Source: Eubacteriales bacterium
GTDB lineage: Bacteria; Bacillota; Clostridia; Oscillospirales; CAG-272
Length of the DNA stretch: 60,964 bases
Reading direction: 5' to 3'
Assembly: GCA_045594745.1 (NCBI GenBank)
Contig: JAZNZC010000074.1
Span: 1-60,964, forward strand
The notes under the pieces are model-generated. The model was given only the letters and a program-made list of their open reading frames with translations, did not search any database and had not been told where the DNA came from. Positions 52,824-60,964 of the stretch are shown one piece after another; position 1 is the stretch's first letter, and each line of letters begins with the position of its first letter. A program made the translations under genes and the position numbers.

Positions 52824-53597
52824 TTAGAAACTAATTCTTCTTACGCTGCGGACTGTCTTCGCGCCCTCGTCAACGTCAAAGATGACGCCTTGTGCCTTCA
52901 CATCGCCCGAAGCGACAGAGAAGCGCGTGGGCATGAGGGTGCGGAAGCGGTGAATGACGGCATCGAGATCGGTGCCGAGGATACCGTCAACGGGACCGCA
53001 CATACCGAGGTCGGTGATATAGCCCGAGCCGTGGGGCAGGATCTGCTCGTCGGCGGTGGGAACGTGCGTGTGCGTGCCGAACAGAACCTGAATTCGTCCG
53101 TCAAAATAGCGACCGAGAGCCAACTTTTCGCTGGTGGCTTCGGCGTGGATGTCGAGCAGGGCGACATCATAACGACCGTCCTCTCTGTCAAGGATGCGAT
53201 CGACGGTATCAAAGGGAGAGGCGAGCGGATCGAGATAAACGCGTCCGCTTACGTTGATGCAAAGCACTCTCCAGCCGTTCACGTCGCAAATGGTGTAACC
53301 CACTCCCGGTGCGTCGGTGGGGTAGTTGGCGGGGCGGATGATAGAGTGCTCGTTGGCATCAAGATAGGAATAAATATCTTTCATGCCAAACGCGTGGTTG
53401 CCAAGCGTGATGAGGTCAACGCCCGTGCCAAGAAGAGCCTCGGCATCGGCGGCGGAAATGCCGCGAATTTCGGTGGCGTTTTCTCCGTTTGCAACGCAAA
53501 AATCAATTTTTTCTTTCGAGCGGAACGCCCAAAGCTTGTCCGCAAGATAATCAATGGCAACGTGTCCAACAACGTCACCAAGGGCAAGAATACGCAT
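52824..53597 (-). CDS. ymdB: 2',3'-cyclic-nucleotide 2'-phosphodiesterase, YmdB-type metallophosphoesterase
   Basis: 257 aa. MRILALGDVVG, NGENA, GNH and GTHTHVPTAD motifs. Confidence 0.9.
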   Translation of the reverse strand: MRILALGDVVGHVAIDYLADKLWAFRSKEKIDFCVANGENATEIRGISAADAEALLGTGVDLITLGNHAFGMKDIYSYLDANEHSIIRPANYPTDAPGVGYTICDVNGWRVLCINVSGRVYLDPLASPFDTVDRILDREDGRYDVALLDIHAEATSEKLALGRYFDGRIQVLFGTHTHVPTADEQILPHGSGYITDLGMCGPVDGILGTDLDAVIHRFRTLMPTRFSVASGDVKAQGVIFDVDEGAKTVRSVRRISF

Positions 53598-53622
53598 AGA
53601 TGTGCCTTTCTATTTTGTGGTT

Positions 53623-54024
53623 TTATTTTTCCTGAAAGAATTCGATCTCCTCGCCTACGGGGCCAATACAAAAGCCGATGCGAGCAGGGTAGGGGGGATC
53701 GGACGGGATGCAGATGTCGGTGGGCTCCATCGTGATTTGATAGCCTGCCGCGCGGACGGTCTCGATGCAGTCGTCCACGTCATCGACGGCGAACGCGATG
53801 TGGCGGAGCGCGCCTTGCCCGAGTGTGTCGGGAGCATTGGAGAAGATCTCAAGCACGCCTGAGCCGGTGTTGAGCATCATGCAAGGGAGCCCCTCGTTGG
53901 TTTTCCATTCACGAACGGTCTCCATACCGAGCAGATCGCGATAAAAGCGGATGGTTTTCTCAAAATGTGCAACCCCCTCGCATTTGAGCGCGAGGTGATG
54001 AAATCCGTTTGTTTTGCGTTTCAT
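53623..54024 (-). CDS. VOC/glyoxalase-family protein
   Basis: 133 aa from MKRKTNGFHHLAL with AAGGAG RBS. HIAFAVDD motif. 25 nt upstream of ymdB. Confidence 0.8.
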   Translation of the reverse strand: MKRKTNGFHHLALKCEGVAHFEKTIRFYRDLLGMETVREWKTNEGLPCMMLNTGSGVLEIFSNAPDTLGQGALRHIAFAVDDVDDCIETVRAAGYQITMEPTDICIPSDPPYPARIGFCIGPVGEEIEFFQEK

Positions 54025-54174
54025 AATAGTCTCCTTGCAAAATCCCATAAATGTTTTTGTTCTGTGATTATTGTACCACAGTTTTTGGCGGGATGTCAAT
54101 AGAAATGGAAGAAATAATGGAGTGTAGAAAAACGAACACCCGCAAGGGTGTCCGTTAGAGTATATTGTTTTACA

Positions 54175-54606
54175 TTACGGGTCGAGACCGAAAAAGGTCA
54201 CATCAAATTCGTTTGATAGATGAATTTCATATACACAATCATCTGATACCGATTCCATTCCATAGGTTTGTACACGGACGATATATTCGTCATCCTCTTT
54301 TCGGATGCTATCCATAAAATCGTGGTTGATAAAAATTAAAACGCGTTTGCGGTTGTTTTGGTCGTTGTCAAGTTGAATAGAATTATATATGCCGCTATTT
54401 GAATCTGCAAAAACCGAAAGGCGCGCTTCTACACATTCCAATGCGATTTTTTTAATAAAGTAATTTTCTTGGTTTGTCAGGGTGTCATTATCCGAATAGC
54501 AGGAAGGGGAAAGGTAAACAAACCTTGCAGCGCAAAACTCTGCCGCAATGATGAAAAGAACCGAGACCGAAATTGCAATAATTGTTTTGAAAATTCTGTT
54601 TTTCAT
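54175..54606 (-). CDS. hypothetical protein with N-terminal signal/anchor
   Basis: 143 aa from MKNRIFKTIIAISVSVLFIIAA with AAGGGGGA RBS. Terminator ACACCC-gcaa-GGGTGT downstream. Confidence 0.6.
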   Translation of the reverse strand: MKNRIFKTIIAISVSVLFIIAAEFCAARFVYLSPSCYSDNDTLTNQENYFIKKIALECVEARLSVFADSNSGIYNSIQLDNDQNNRKRVLIFINHDFMDSIRKEDDEYIVRVQTYGMESVSDDCVYEIHLSNEFDVTFFGLDP

Positions 54607-55133
54607 ATGTTCCCCCTTGTTAAAAAATGTGTGGTTTGTTATTTCCATTATACCACAAAACCCCAACATTGCAAGCGGATAATGGCGTTTTTTAACGATA
54701 GATGAAATGTTTTTATTTGCAGATAAATAATCAAAAACGAACGGCTATTGTAAGCCAAACAACCAACCTGTCATCCTGAGCTTGTCGAGGTTTTTTCGAG
54801 CGAGGAGCGAGGAAAAACCAAGGCGCCAAAGCGCCGCAGGGATCTCCTAACAAATTTGGGTGGCTTTTTGTATCGATGTAACATCCCGTTGGCAAGCCAC
54901 CAAAACTCGTTACGAGATAGGGGTGTGCCCTAAAGGACAGTTTTCAAAAAATGCGGCATATCTCGAAAGAGGTATGCCGTGTTTTGCATTTGTGCACACA
55001 AATGCAGTGCTTGTCAGGAAAATTGACAAGTCATAGGTGAACATAAAAAGGCTCCCTTGTGTAAAGGGAGGCTTTTCGTCGCTCAGCGCATTAGTGTTTC
55101 TCAACAAACAAGAATTTGATGAGTTCTTTTATC

Positions 55134-55748
55134 TTACTGATTGTATTTAAGATATAATAGATAAGACTTCACGTCGTCAACAAACTGATTGCCACATCGG
55201 GCGAGTTCGCCAAGAACACGGTCTATTCCTTGTTCAGTCATATGCCAATTGTCTTTTGTTATATCGAAACAATGAACAGGGCATACCTTTATCTGAACAT
55301 CGGGAAATGCCATTTGATAAAGCATAAGACAACGCCGAGCGTGAAATGCCTTGCAGACAATCAAAGCTGTCTTTATCTTTAATCCTTTTTCGTCAACGAC
55401 TTTTCGGGAGAGGAAAGCATTGTCACGAGTATGACCTGACTTATCTTCTCCAATAATTGCATCAGCAGGCACACCATTTTTAACAAATACATCTGTAAAG
55501 AACTCACAGTCAGATTGATAGTCGCCATTGTATATATCTGCCTTTGAGCGAACACCGGGCCATTTATCCCGTTTAACACTAACTCCACCTGACGGAATAA
55601 GCCACTTCGCATATCCCTTGCGATAAAGCTCGGCAGCATATTCAGGTTGCTCAGGGTGTGAGCCGCCGGGCAGAAAGATGGCGTCAACTTTTTCAGGCTC
55701 GTCAGAAATAAAAATATAGTCAGAAATATCCGAAATAATCTTGTTCAT
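55134..55748 (-). CDS. YdcF/DUF218-family protein
   Basis: 204 aa. IFLPGGSHPEQPEYAAELY and LIPSGG motifs are typical of the family. Confidence 0.8.
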   Translation of the reverse strand: MNKIISDISDYIFISDEPEKVDAIFLPGGSHPEQPEYAAELYRKGYAKWLIPSGGVSVKRDKWPGVRSKADIYNGDYQSDCEFFTDVFVKNGVPADAIIGEDKSGHTRDNAFLSRKVVDEKGLKIKTALIVCKAFHARRCLMLYQMAFPDVQIKVCPVHCFDITKDNWHMTEQGIDRVLGELARCGNQFVDDVKSYLLYLKYNQ

Positions 55749-56188
55749 TTTATACCTCTACAAAATTACCCATGTTTCATTCGATAGGAATTTACAAATT
55801 CTTATTTGTTGTTCAGCTTTATCGCAAGTTTCAACTTTGCTTAACAAATTTATAGGTGTTTGTTCATAGTTCTTATTATAGCACAAATATTATAGCACAA
55901 AAACCGCAGAAAATCAATCTGCGGTTTCTGTTTTTTTCTGCCAGTAGGTAAAACTGTCCTTTAGAGTAAAGCGCTATCCCGCTTCGCCTTTTGGCTCGCG
56001 CTTCTGCTTGTTCGCTTGCGCTCAACCCGCAGAAGTTCGACTTCGCTCAGGATGACAGGCTGATTTTTTTGTTTACAATCATCGTTAGAGGGCGTGCGAC
56101 GGAGGGGCGCCCCCATAAAAATCATTTCACTCTGCACTCTGCATTCTGCACTCCGCACTTTCCTTTCTCTGCACTTTTCTTTCCCCTC

Positions 56189-56217
56189 TTGCAAAGTTTC
56201 TCACAATATGCTATAAT
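56189..56217 (+). promoter_or_regulatory. sigmaA-type promoter of the MFS::GH2 gene
   Basis: TTGCAA (56189-56194), 17 nt, TATAAT (56212-56217). Confidence 0.55.
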
Positions 56218-56253
56218 AATAGATAAGACCATTCAATTTAACAGGAGGCTCTT

Positions 56254-59250
56254 ATGAAAACCAAGCTTTCCCCTCGTTTTTGGTGTGCGCTGACCTTGTT
56301 CAGCCTCATCGGTCAGGTGGCGTGGGTCGTGGAGAATATGTATCTCAACGTGTTCATCTACAATATGTTCCGCGCGACCGCTGACGATATTTCCACAATG
56401 GTTGCCGCGAGTGCGATCTCTGCCGCGCTGACCACCATCCTCATCGGTGCTCTTTCCGACCGCGTTGGTAAGCGAAAGCTCTTTATGTGCGCGGGTTACA
56501 TCCTGTGGGGCATTTCCATTCTCGGCTTCTGCTTCATTCGCGTGGATCAATCCGACCCCACCGTGTGGCTTGCGACAAACGCATCTGCGGTTGCGGTGTC
56601 GCTTGTTATCATCCTTGACTGTGTGATGACCTTCTTTGGCTCTTCCGCCAACGATGCGGCATTCAACGCGTGGCTGACCGACAGCACCGACAGCACCAAT
56701 CGCGGAGCTGCCGAGGGTATCAATTCTATGATGCCGCTGGTTGCCATTCTCGTTGTGTTTGGCGGCTTTATGTTCTTCGATCTGACCGTGGCAGAAAGCT
56801 GGGTATGGATCTTTGCCATCATCGGTGGCGTTGTTCTTGTGGTTGGTATTCTTGGCATTTTCCTGATCAAGGATTCGCCCAAGTGCGTCAAGTCCGAAAC
56901 GGGATATTTCCAAAACCTCATCTACGGCTTCCGTCCCTCTACCGTTAAGAGAAACGGCTCGCTGTATTTCTATCTGATTGCGTTTATTCTCTTTAACATT
57001 TCCATTCAGATCTTTATGCCTTACCTCATCATTTATTATGAAAAGTCGCTTGGTATGACCGATTACGTCTTTATTATGGCGCCTGCCATTATTCTGGCAT
57101 CGGTCGCTACTGCGCTGTGGGGCAAGGTTTATGATAAGAAAGGCTTTGATTTCTCGGGCTTTATCGCGCTTGCATCCCTGATGACGGGTTACGTTCTTTT
57201 GTACCTGTTCAGGGGAACAGCCCTTGTGTTTGTTGGCTCTCTCTTTATGATGTGCGGCTACCTTTGCGGAATGGCGGTGTTCGGTGCGAAGATCCGTGAC
57301 CTCACCCCCGACGGCAAAGCGGGAATGCTCCAGGGCGTGCGCATCTGCTCGCAGGTACTTATCCCCGGTGTTGTAGGCCCGAAGATCGGTAGCTGGGTTC
57401 TTGCCAATGCCGAGCTCGTTGCAAACAACGATGGAACCTTTTCTTTCCTTCCCAACGAAAACATTTTCCTCGCCGCGCTCGTTGTAGCGGCAGTGCTGAC
57501 GGTTCTGTTGGTTATTCTGCGTCCTAAAAAAAGAGTTCGTACAGTGGAGATGAAAACCCCTTTTGAAGAAACCGCAAAGGGAGACGAGTGGGCAAGAGAA
57601 TATCCCCGCCCGCAAATGAAACGTGCGTCTTACCACTCGCTTTGCGGAGATTGGGATATCAGCATTGAAAAAAAGGGGAGCCTGACCCCTATTGGTTCTA
57701 TTAAGGTTCCGTTCTCTCCCGAAACAAGACTTTCGGGCGTGCATCGAACCCTCGAGAAGAACGAACAATACATCTACGAAAAAGTTTTTGAACTCTCTGA
57801 AGATTTTACAAAAGAAAAAGTACTGTTGCACTTTGGAGCGGTCGACCAAATTGCCGAAGTGTGGCTCAACGATACCTATCTTGGTGAGCACGCAGGCGGC
57901 TATTTGCCATTCACGTTTGACGTGAGCGACATCGCCGTGACGGGAAGCAATATTCTGCGCGTGCGCGTGACAGACGATCTTGACACCGAGCTTGCTTACG
58001 GCAAACAGCGCAAAAAGCGCGGCGGAATGTGGTACACGCCCATCAGCGGCATCTGGCAACCCGTGTGGCTCGAGGGTGTTCCCGAGCATTATATCTCCTC
58101 GCTTCGCGTCACACCCACGCTTTCGTCTGTAAAGATCGAAACGCTTGGCGGAAACAAACAAAAGACCGTAACGCTCCATCTGCCAAAGGGCGACAAAATT
58201 TACACCTACGAGGGCGACTGTATCGAGATCGCGATTGACGATCCCATTCTCTGGTCTCCCGAAAATCCGCACCTTTACAACTTTACCCTCACCGATGGAG
58301 CGGACTCCATCGATTCCTACTTTGCTCTGCGCACCGTCGAGAGCAAGACGGTCGCGGGCAAGCCTCGCATTTTGCTCAACGGTAAGCCCTATTTCTTCCA
58401 TGGGCTTCTCGACCAAGGATACTTTAGCGACGGCATCTACACCCCTGCCACGCCCGATGGATATCGTTATGATGTTTCCAAAATGAAGGAGCTCGGCTTC
58501 AATATGCTGCGCAAGCACATCAAGATCGAACCCGACGTGTTCTATTACGAGTGCGACAAGCAGGGTATGATCGTATTCCAGGATATGATGAACAGCGGTC
58601 ATTACAACTTTATCTTTGATACCGCGCTCCCGACAGCGGGATGGAGATGGGGCTTCTTCCACTCCGTTAGCGCGCGTCGCCGCGCCGATTTTGAGTGCGG
58701 TGCAAGAGCTGTGATAGAACTGCTTTACAATCATCCGTCGGTTTGCTACTATACCATCTTCAACGAAGGATGGGGGCAGTTTTTTGATGCGTCAAGCGTA
58801 TATGATGACCTCAAAGCCACCGATCCCACACGCATTTGGGATACTGCCTCGGGTTGGTTCCGCACGTTGCGCAGTGACGTGCAAAGCGAGCACATCTATT
58901 TCAGAAAGGTAGACCTCGCGGCGAAAAAGCTCCCCTTGGTGCTCTCCGAATTTGGCGGATACTCCTGCAAGATCGAGGGGCACTCCTTCAACCTCGACAA
59001 AAACTACGGTTACAGTACCTATGACACCCCCGAGGCATTCTCGGATGCCCTTGAAAAGCTCTACCTCGACGAGATCGTTCCCTGTATCAAGAACGGCGGA
59101 CTCTGTGCCACGGTTCTGACACAGGTCAGCGACGTTGAGGATGAAACCAACGGTCTTGTGACCTACGACCGCCACGTTTGCAAGGTGACCCCCGAGCGGA
59201 TGCAGGCACTTGCAAAATCGCTCAACGAAGCTTTTGATAGTCAATTCTAA
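56254..59250 (+). CDS. fusion protein: N-terminal GPH/MFS-type sugar transporter (about 12 TM) + C-terminal glycoside hydrolase family 2
   Basis: 998-aa single ORF with AGGAGG RBS. Residues 1 to about 430 are hydrophobic, with the GALSDRVGKRK loop motif. From about residue 440 the GH2 part starts (EYPRPQMKR, VPFSPETRLSG, FNEGWG acid/base candidate, LSEFGG nucleophile candidate). The GH2 part is paralogous to 6697-8448. Confidence 0.9.
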   Translation: MKTKLSPRFWCALTLFSLIGQVAWVVENMYLNVFIYNMFRATADDISTMVAASAISAALTTILIGALSDRVGKRKLFMCAGYILWGISILGFCFIRVDQSDPTVWLATNASAVAVSLVIILDCVMTFFGSSANDAAFNAWLTDSTDSTNRGAAEGINSMMPLVAILVVFGGFMFFDLTVAESWVWIFAIIGGVVLVVGILGIFLIKDSPKCVKSETGYFQNLIYGFRPSTVKRNGSLYFYLIAFILFNISIQIFMPYLIIYYEKSLGMTDYVFIMAPAIILASVATALWGKVYDKKGFDFSGFIALASLMTGYVLLYLFRGTALVFVGSLFMMCGYLCGMAVFGAKIRDLTPDGKAGMLQGVRICSQVLIPGVVGPKIGSWVLANAELVANNDGTFSFLPNENIFLAALVVAAVLTVLLVILRPKKRVRTVEMKTPFEETAKGDEWAREYPRPQMKRASYHSLCGDWDISIEKKGSLTPIGSIKVPFSPETRLSGVHRTLEKNEQYIYEKVFELSEDFTKEKVLLHFGAVDQIAEVWLNDTYLGEHAGGYLPFTFDVSDIAVTGSNILRVRVTDDLDTELAYGKQRKKRGGMWYTPISGIWQPVWLEGVPEHYISSLRVTPTLSSVKIETLGGNKQKTVTLHLPKGDKIYTYEGDCIEIAIDDPILWSPENPHLYNFTLTDGADSIDSYFALRTVESKTVAGKPRILLNGKPYFFHGLLDQGYFSDGIYTPATPDGYRYDVSKMKELGFNMLRKHIKIEPDVFYYECDKQGMIVFQDMMNSGHYNFIFDTALPTAGWRWGFFHSVSARRRADFECGARAVIELLYNHPSVCYYTIFNEGWGQFFDASSVYDDLKATDPTRIWDTASGWFRTLRSDVQSEHIYFRKVDLAAKKLPLVLSEFGGYSCKIEGHSFNLDKNYGYSTYDTPEAFSDALEKLYLDEIVPCIKNGGLCATVLTQVSDVEDETNGLVTYDRHVCKVTPERMQALAKSLNEAFDSQF

Positions 59251-59478
59251 AGCTGTTTATAGTAACCAAAGTAATTTGTTTTTTGTAGGCGAACACTTAT
59301 GGTGCCCTCCTCCGGGAGGAGGGAAGATCCGCGCAAAGTCGCGGAGTAGGGAGGAGCCCGCGTGCATTAAAACGCCTCAGTTGCGCAGGCTCCTTCCGAC
59401 TCGTTTCACTCGTCACCTCCCTCTCGGAGGGAGGCTAAAAACAGCCTCACGAAAATTTGATAAGAAAGGAATTTAATT

Positions 59479-60282
59479 ATGGACCAATATTTGATTTATG
59501 TAGGACAGCTTCTCGGCTTGACGCTTGGCGTTATGGTCGTTTGCGGTCTTGTTGCGTGGCTTGCGCGACAGACGTTTATGTACTTTGTGGGCAACTCCGC
59601 AACGGCAGTGCTGTATGCTTCCTCGGTTGTGGGAACGCCCGTGCACGAGCTGGGACACGCCCTGATGTGCATCCCCTTTGCACACCGTATCACCGATATG
59701 AAGCTGCTTCTGCCCCCCAGCCGACGCTCTCGCACGCTTGGCTATGTGGAACACAGCTACAACCGCAAAAATCCGTGGGCGGTGTTTGGTGACCTCTTTA
59801 TCAGCTTTGGCCCCATCTTCAGCGGACTCGGCGTTATGATTTTGGTGCTCAACCTTTGCTTCCCCGCACAATGGAATGCATACCTCGATAGCTCTCGCGC
59901 AATGGTCGAGTCGGGCGCGAGCCTGCAGGAAATGTCGTCCATCGTTTTCTCGCTTCTGTTCTCGCTGTTTGAAAGATTCGAGGAAGATGCCGTTCGCTCC
60001 ATCGTGGGTATGATCATTATTTTGTCGGTAGCGCAACACATCACCTTGAGCTTTGCCGACCTGAAGGGATGCTTCACCGCTCTTTTGATGTATACGGGCA
60101 TCGTTGCAGCGTTTGCAGGCGTTACCATGCTCTTTAACCTGCAAGGTGGCATTGTCAATGCCCTGATGCAGGTCAACCTGCCGCTTCTCTCGCTCTTCTG
60201 CGTAGCCATTGCGTTCTCGCTCGTTTGGGTCGCCATCGCGCTGCTTGTTTACATCTTCCGTTGGCTCAGAGTGATATTTTAA
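59479..60282 (+). CDS. integral membrane protein with HExxH motif (DUF3267-like putative zincin peptidase)
   Basis: 267 aa. VHELGHALM sits after the first TM helix, followed by multiple TM helices. Confidence 0.75.
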   Translation: MDQYLIYVGQLLGLTLGVMVVCGLVAWLARQTFMYFVGNSATAVLYASSVVGTPVHELGHALMCIPFAHRITDMKLLLPPSRRSRTLGYVEHSYNRKNPWAVFGDLFISFGPIFSGLGVMILVLNLCFPAQWNAYLDSSRAMVESGASLQEMSSIVFSLLFSLFERFEEDAVRSIVGMIIILSVAQHITLSFADLKGCFTALLMYTGIVAAFAGVTMLFNLQGGIVNALMQVNLPLLSLFCVAIAFSLVWVAIALLVYIFRWLRVIF

Positions 60283-60290
60283 TTGGATTT

Positions 60291-60713
60291 ATGAAAAGAA
60301 CGTTTCACACAGAATACCCTGAAAACCCACCCGAATGGTATTGGAAAAAAGGACTGCATGACGCATTTGTTGTGGGGGTAGAAGCCTACGAATTTCCGTT
60401 TGATTATAATCAATCCGCAGGTCAAAAAAGTCGATACGATCGCAATGTGTTAACATTGAAGCTTGATGCAAAAGGCGCGATGTTTGATTTTTGCGTTCAG
60501 GAAATACGCTTTTTCAATTACAAAATTCTCCCTGAGAGTTTTGATCTTACAAGCATTGATCTGACGGGCAAGAGGAAAATGTGGTGGCTTGCTGACAAAC
60601 TCACAGAGGAAAACGGGCATTATGTGTTGGATATTTTGCTTGATGCTACTTCCTATCCTGAATCGTTTCACCTAAAGCTTCGCTTTGACCGCGCGGAAGT
60701 GGATAGAAAATAA
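60291..60713 (+). CDS. hypothetical cytoplasmic protein
   Basis: 140 aa from MKRTFHTEYP. No motif recognised. Followed by a terminator hairpin at about 60724-60765. Confidence 0.65.
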   Translation: MKRTFHTEYPENPPEWYWKKGLHDAFVVGVEAYEFPFDYNQSAGQKSRYDRNVLTLKLDAKGAMFDFCVQEIRFFNYKILPESFDLTSIDLTGKRKMWWLADKLTEENGHYVLDILLDATSYPESFHLKLRFDRAEVDRK

Positions 60714-60893
60714 ATTGATTATGAACAAGGTAACATCGTTTTAAGCGGTGTTGCCTTGTTTTTTCATGTTTTGAAAACGAACAATTATAACAAAACAATC
60801 AATCAACATGTCATCCTGAGCGGAGAGAATGTGGTATAATATATTTAAGAAAAAAGCAAATGACAAAATGACAGTCGTAGAAAGGGGTATATT

Positions 60894-60964
60894 ATGCCAA
60901 AAGGTGAACGAAACGAGTACAGCAAAGAGTTCAAATTAACAGCAGTTCATTTAATGAAAAGCGG
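60894..60964 (+). mobile_element. 5' end of an IS3-family transposase OrfA (truncated by the window edge)
   Basis: MPKGERNEYSKEFKLTAVHLMKS matches the typical IS3/IS911 OrfA N-terminus (YS.EFK..AV). AAAGGGG RBS. Confidence 0.55.

Overview
61-kb stretch of a Firmicutes/Clostridia-type chromosome, judged from AGGAGG-type RBSs, near-consensus TTGACA-17-TATAAT promoters, lipobox lipoproteins and the housekeeping genes rny, ymdB, mrnC, tmcAL and rpsU. 0.3-4.1 kb: two XRE-family regulators, then a retron-like module. The module has a promoter-proximal structured non-coding region with a1/a2 inverted repeats, a 303-aa retron-type reverse transcriptase, and a separately promoted 109-aa multi-TM protein. 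4-37 kb: a carbohydrate-active island (GH30, GH2, GH78-like, GH31). It is dominated by a 1511-aa membrane-anchored protein made of three tandem MBL-fold repeats and by eight tandem paralogues (14.7 kb) of a DUF4838-like putative glycosidase. The paralogues sit in four transcription units with mixed export signals. 37-47 kb: housekeeping genes. 47-61 kb: small membrane proteins, GH92, ymdB, a VOC enzyme, a YdcF-like protein, an MFS-transporter::GH2 fusion, a HExxH membrane protein and the first codons of an IS3-type transposase. Almost every intergenic region is assembled from a shared set of hairpin and palindrome repeat modules. All family names come from motif recognition by eye; no database search or computation was possible.
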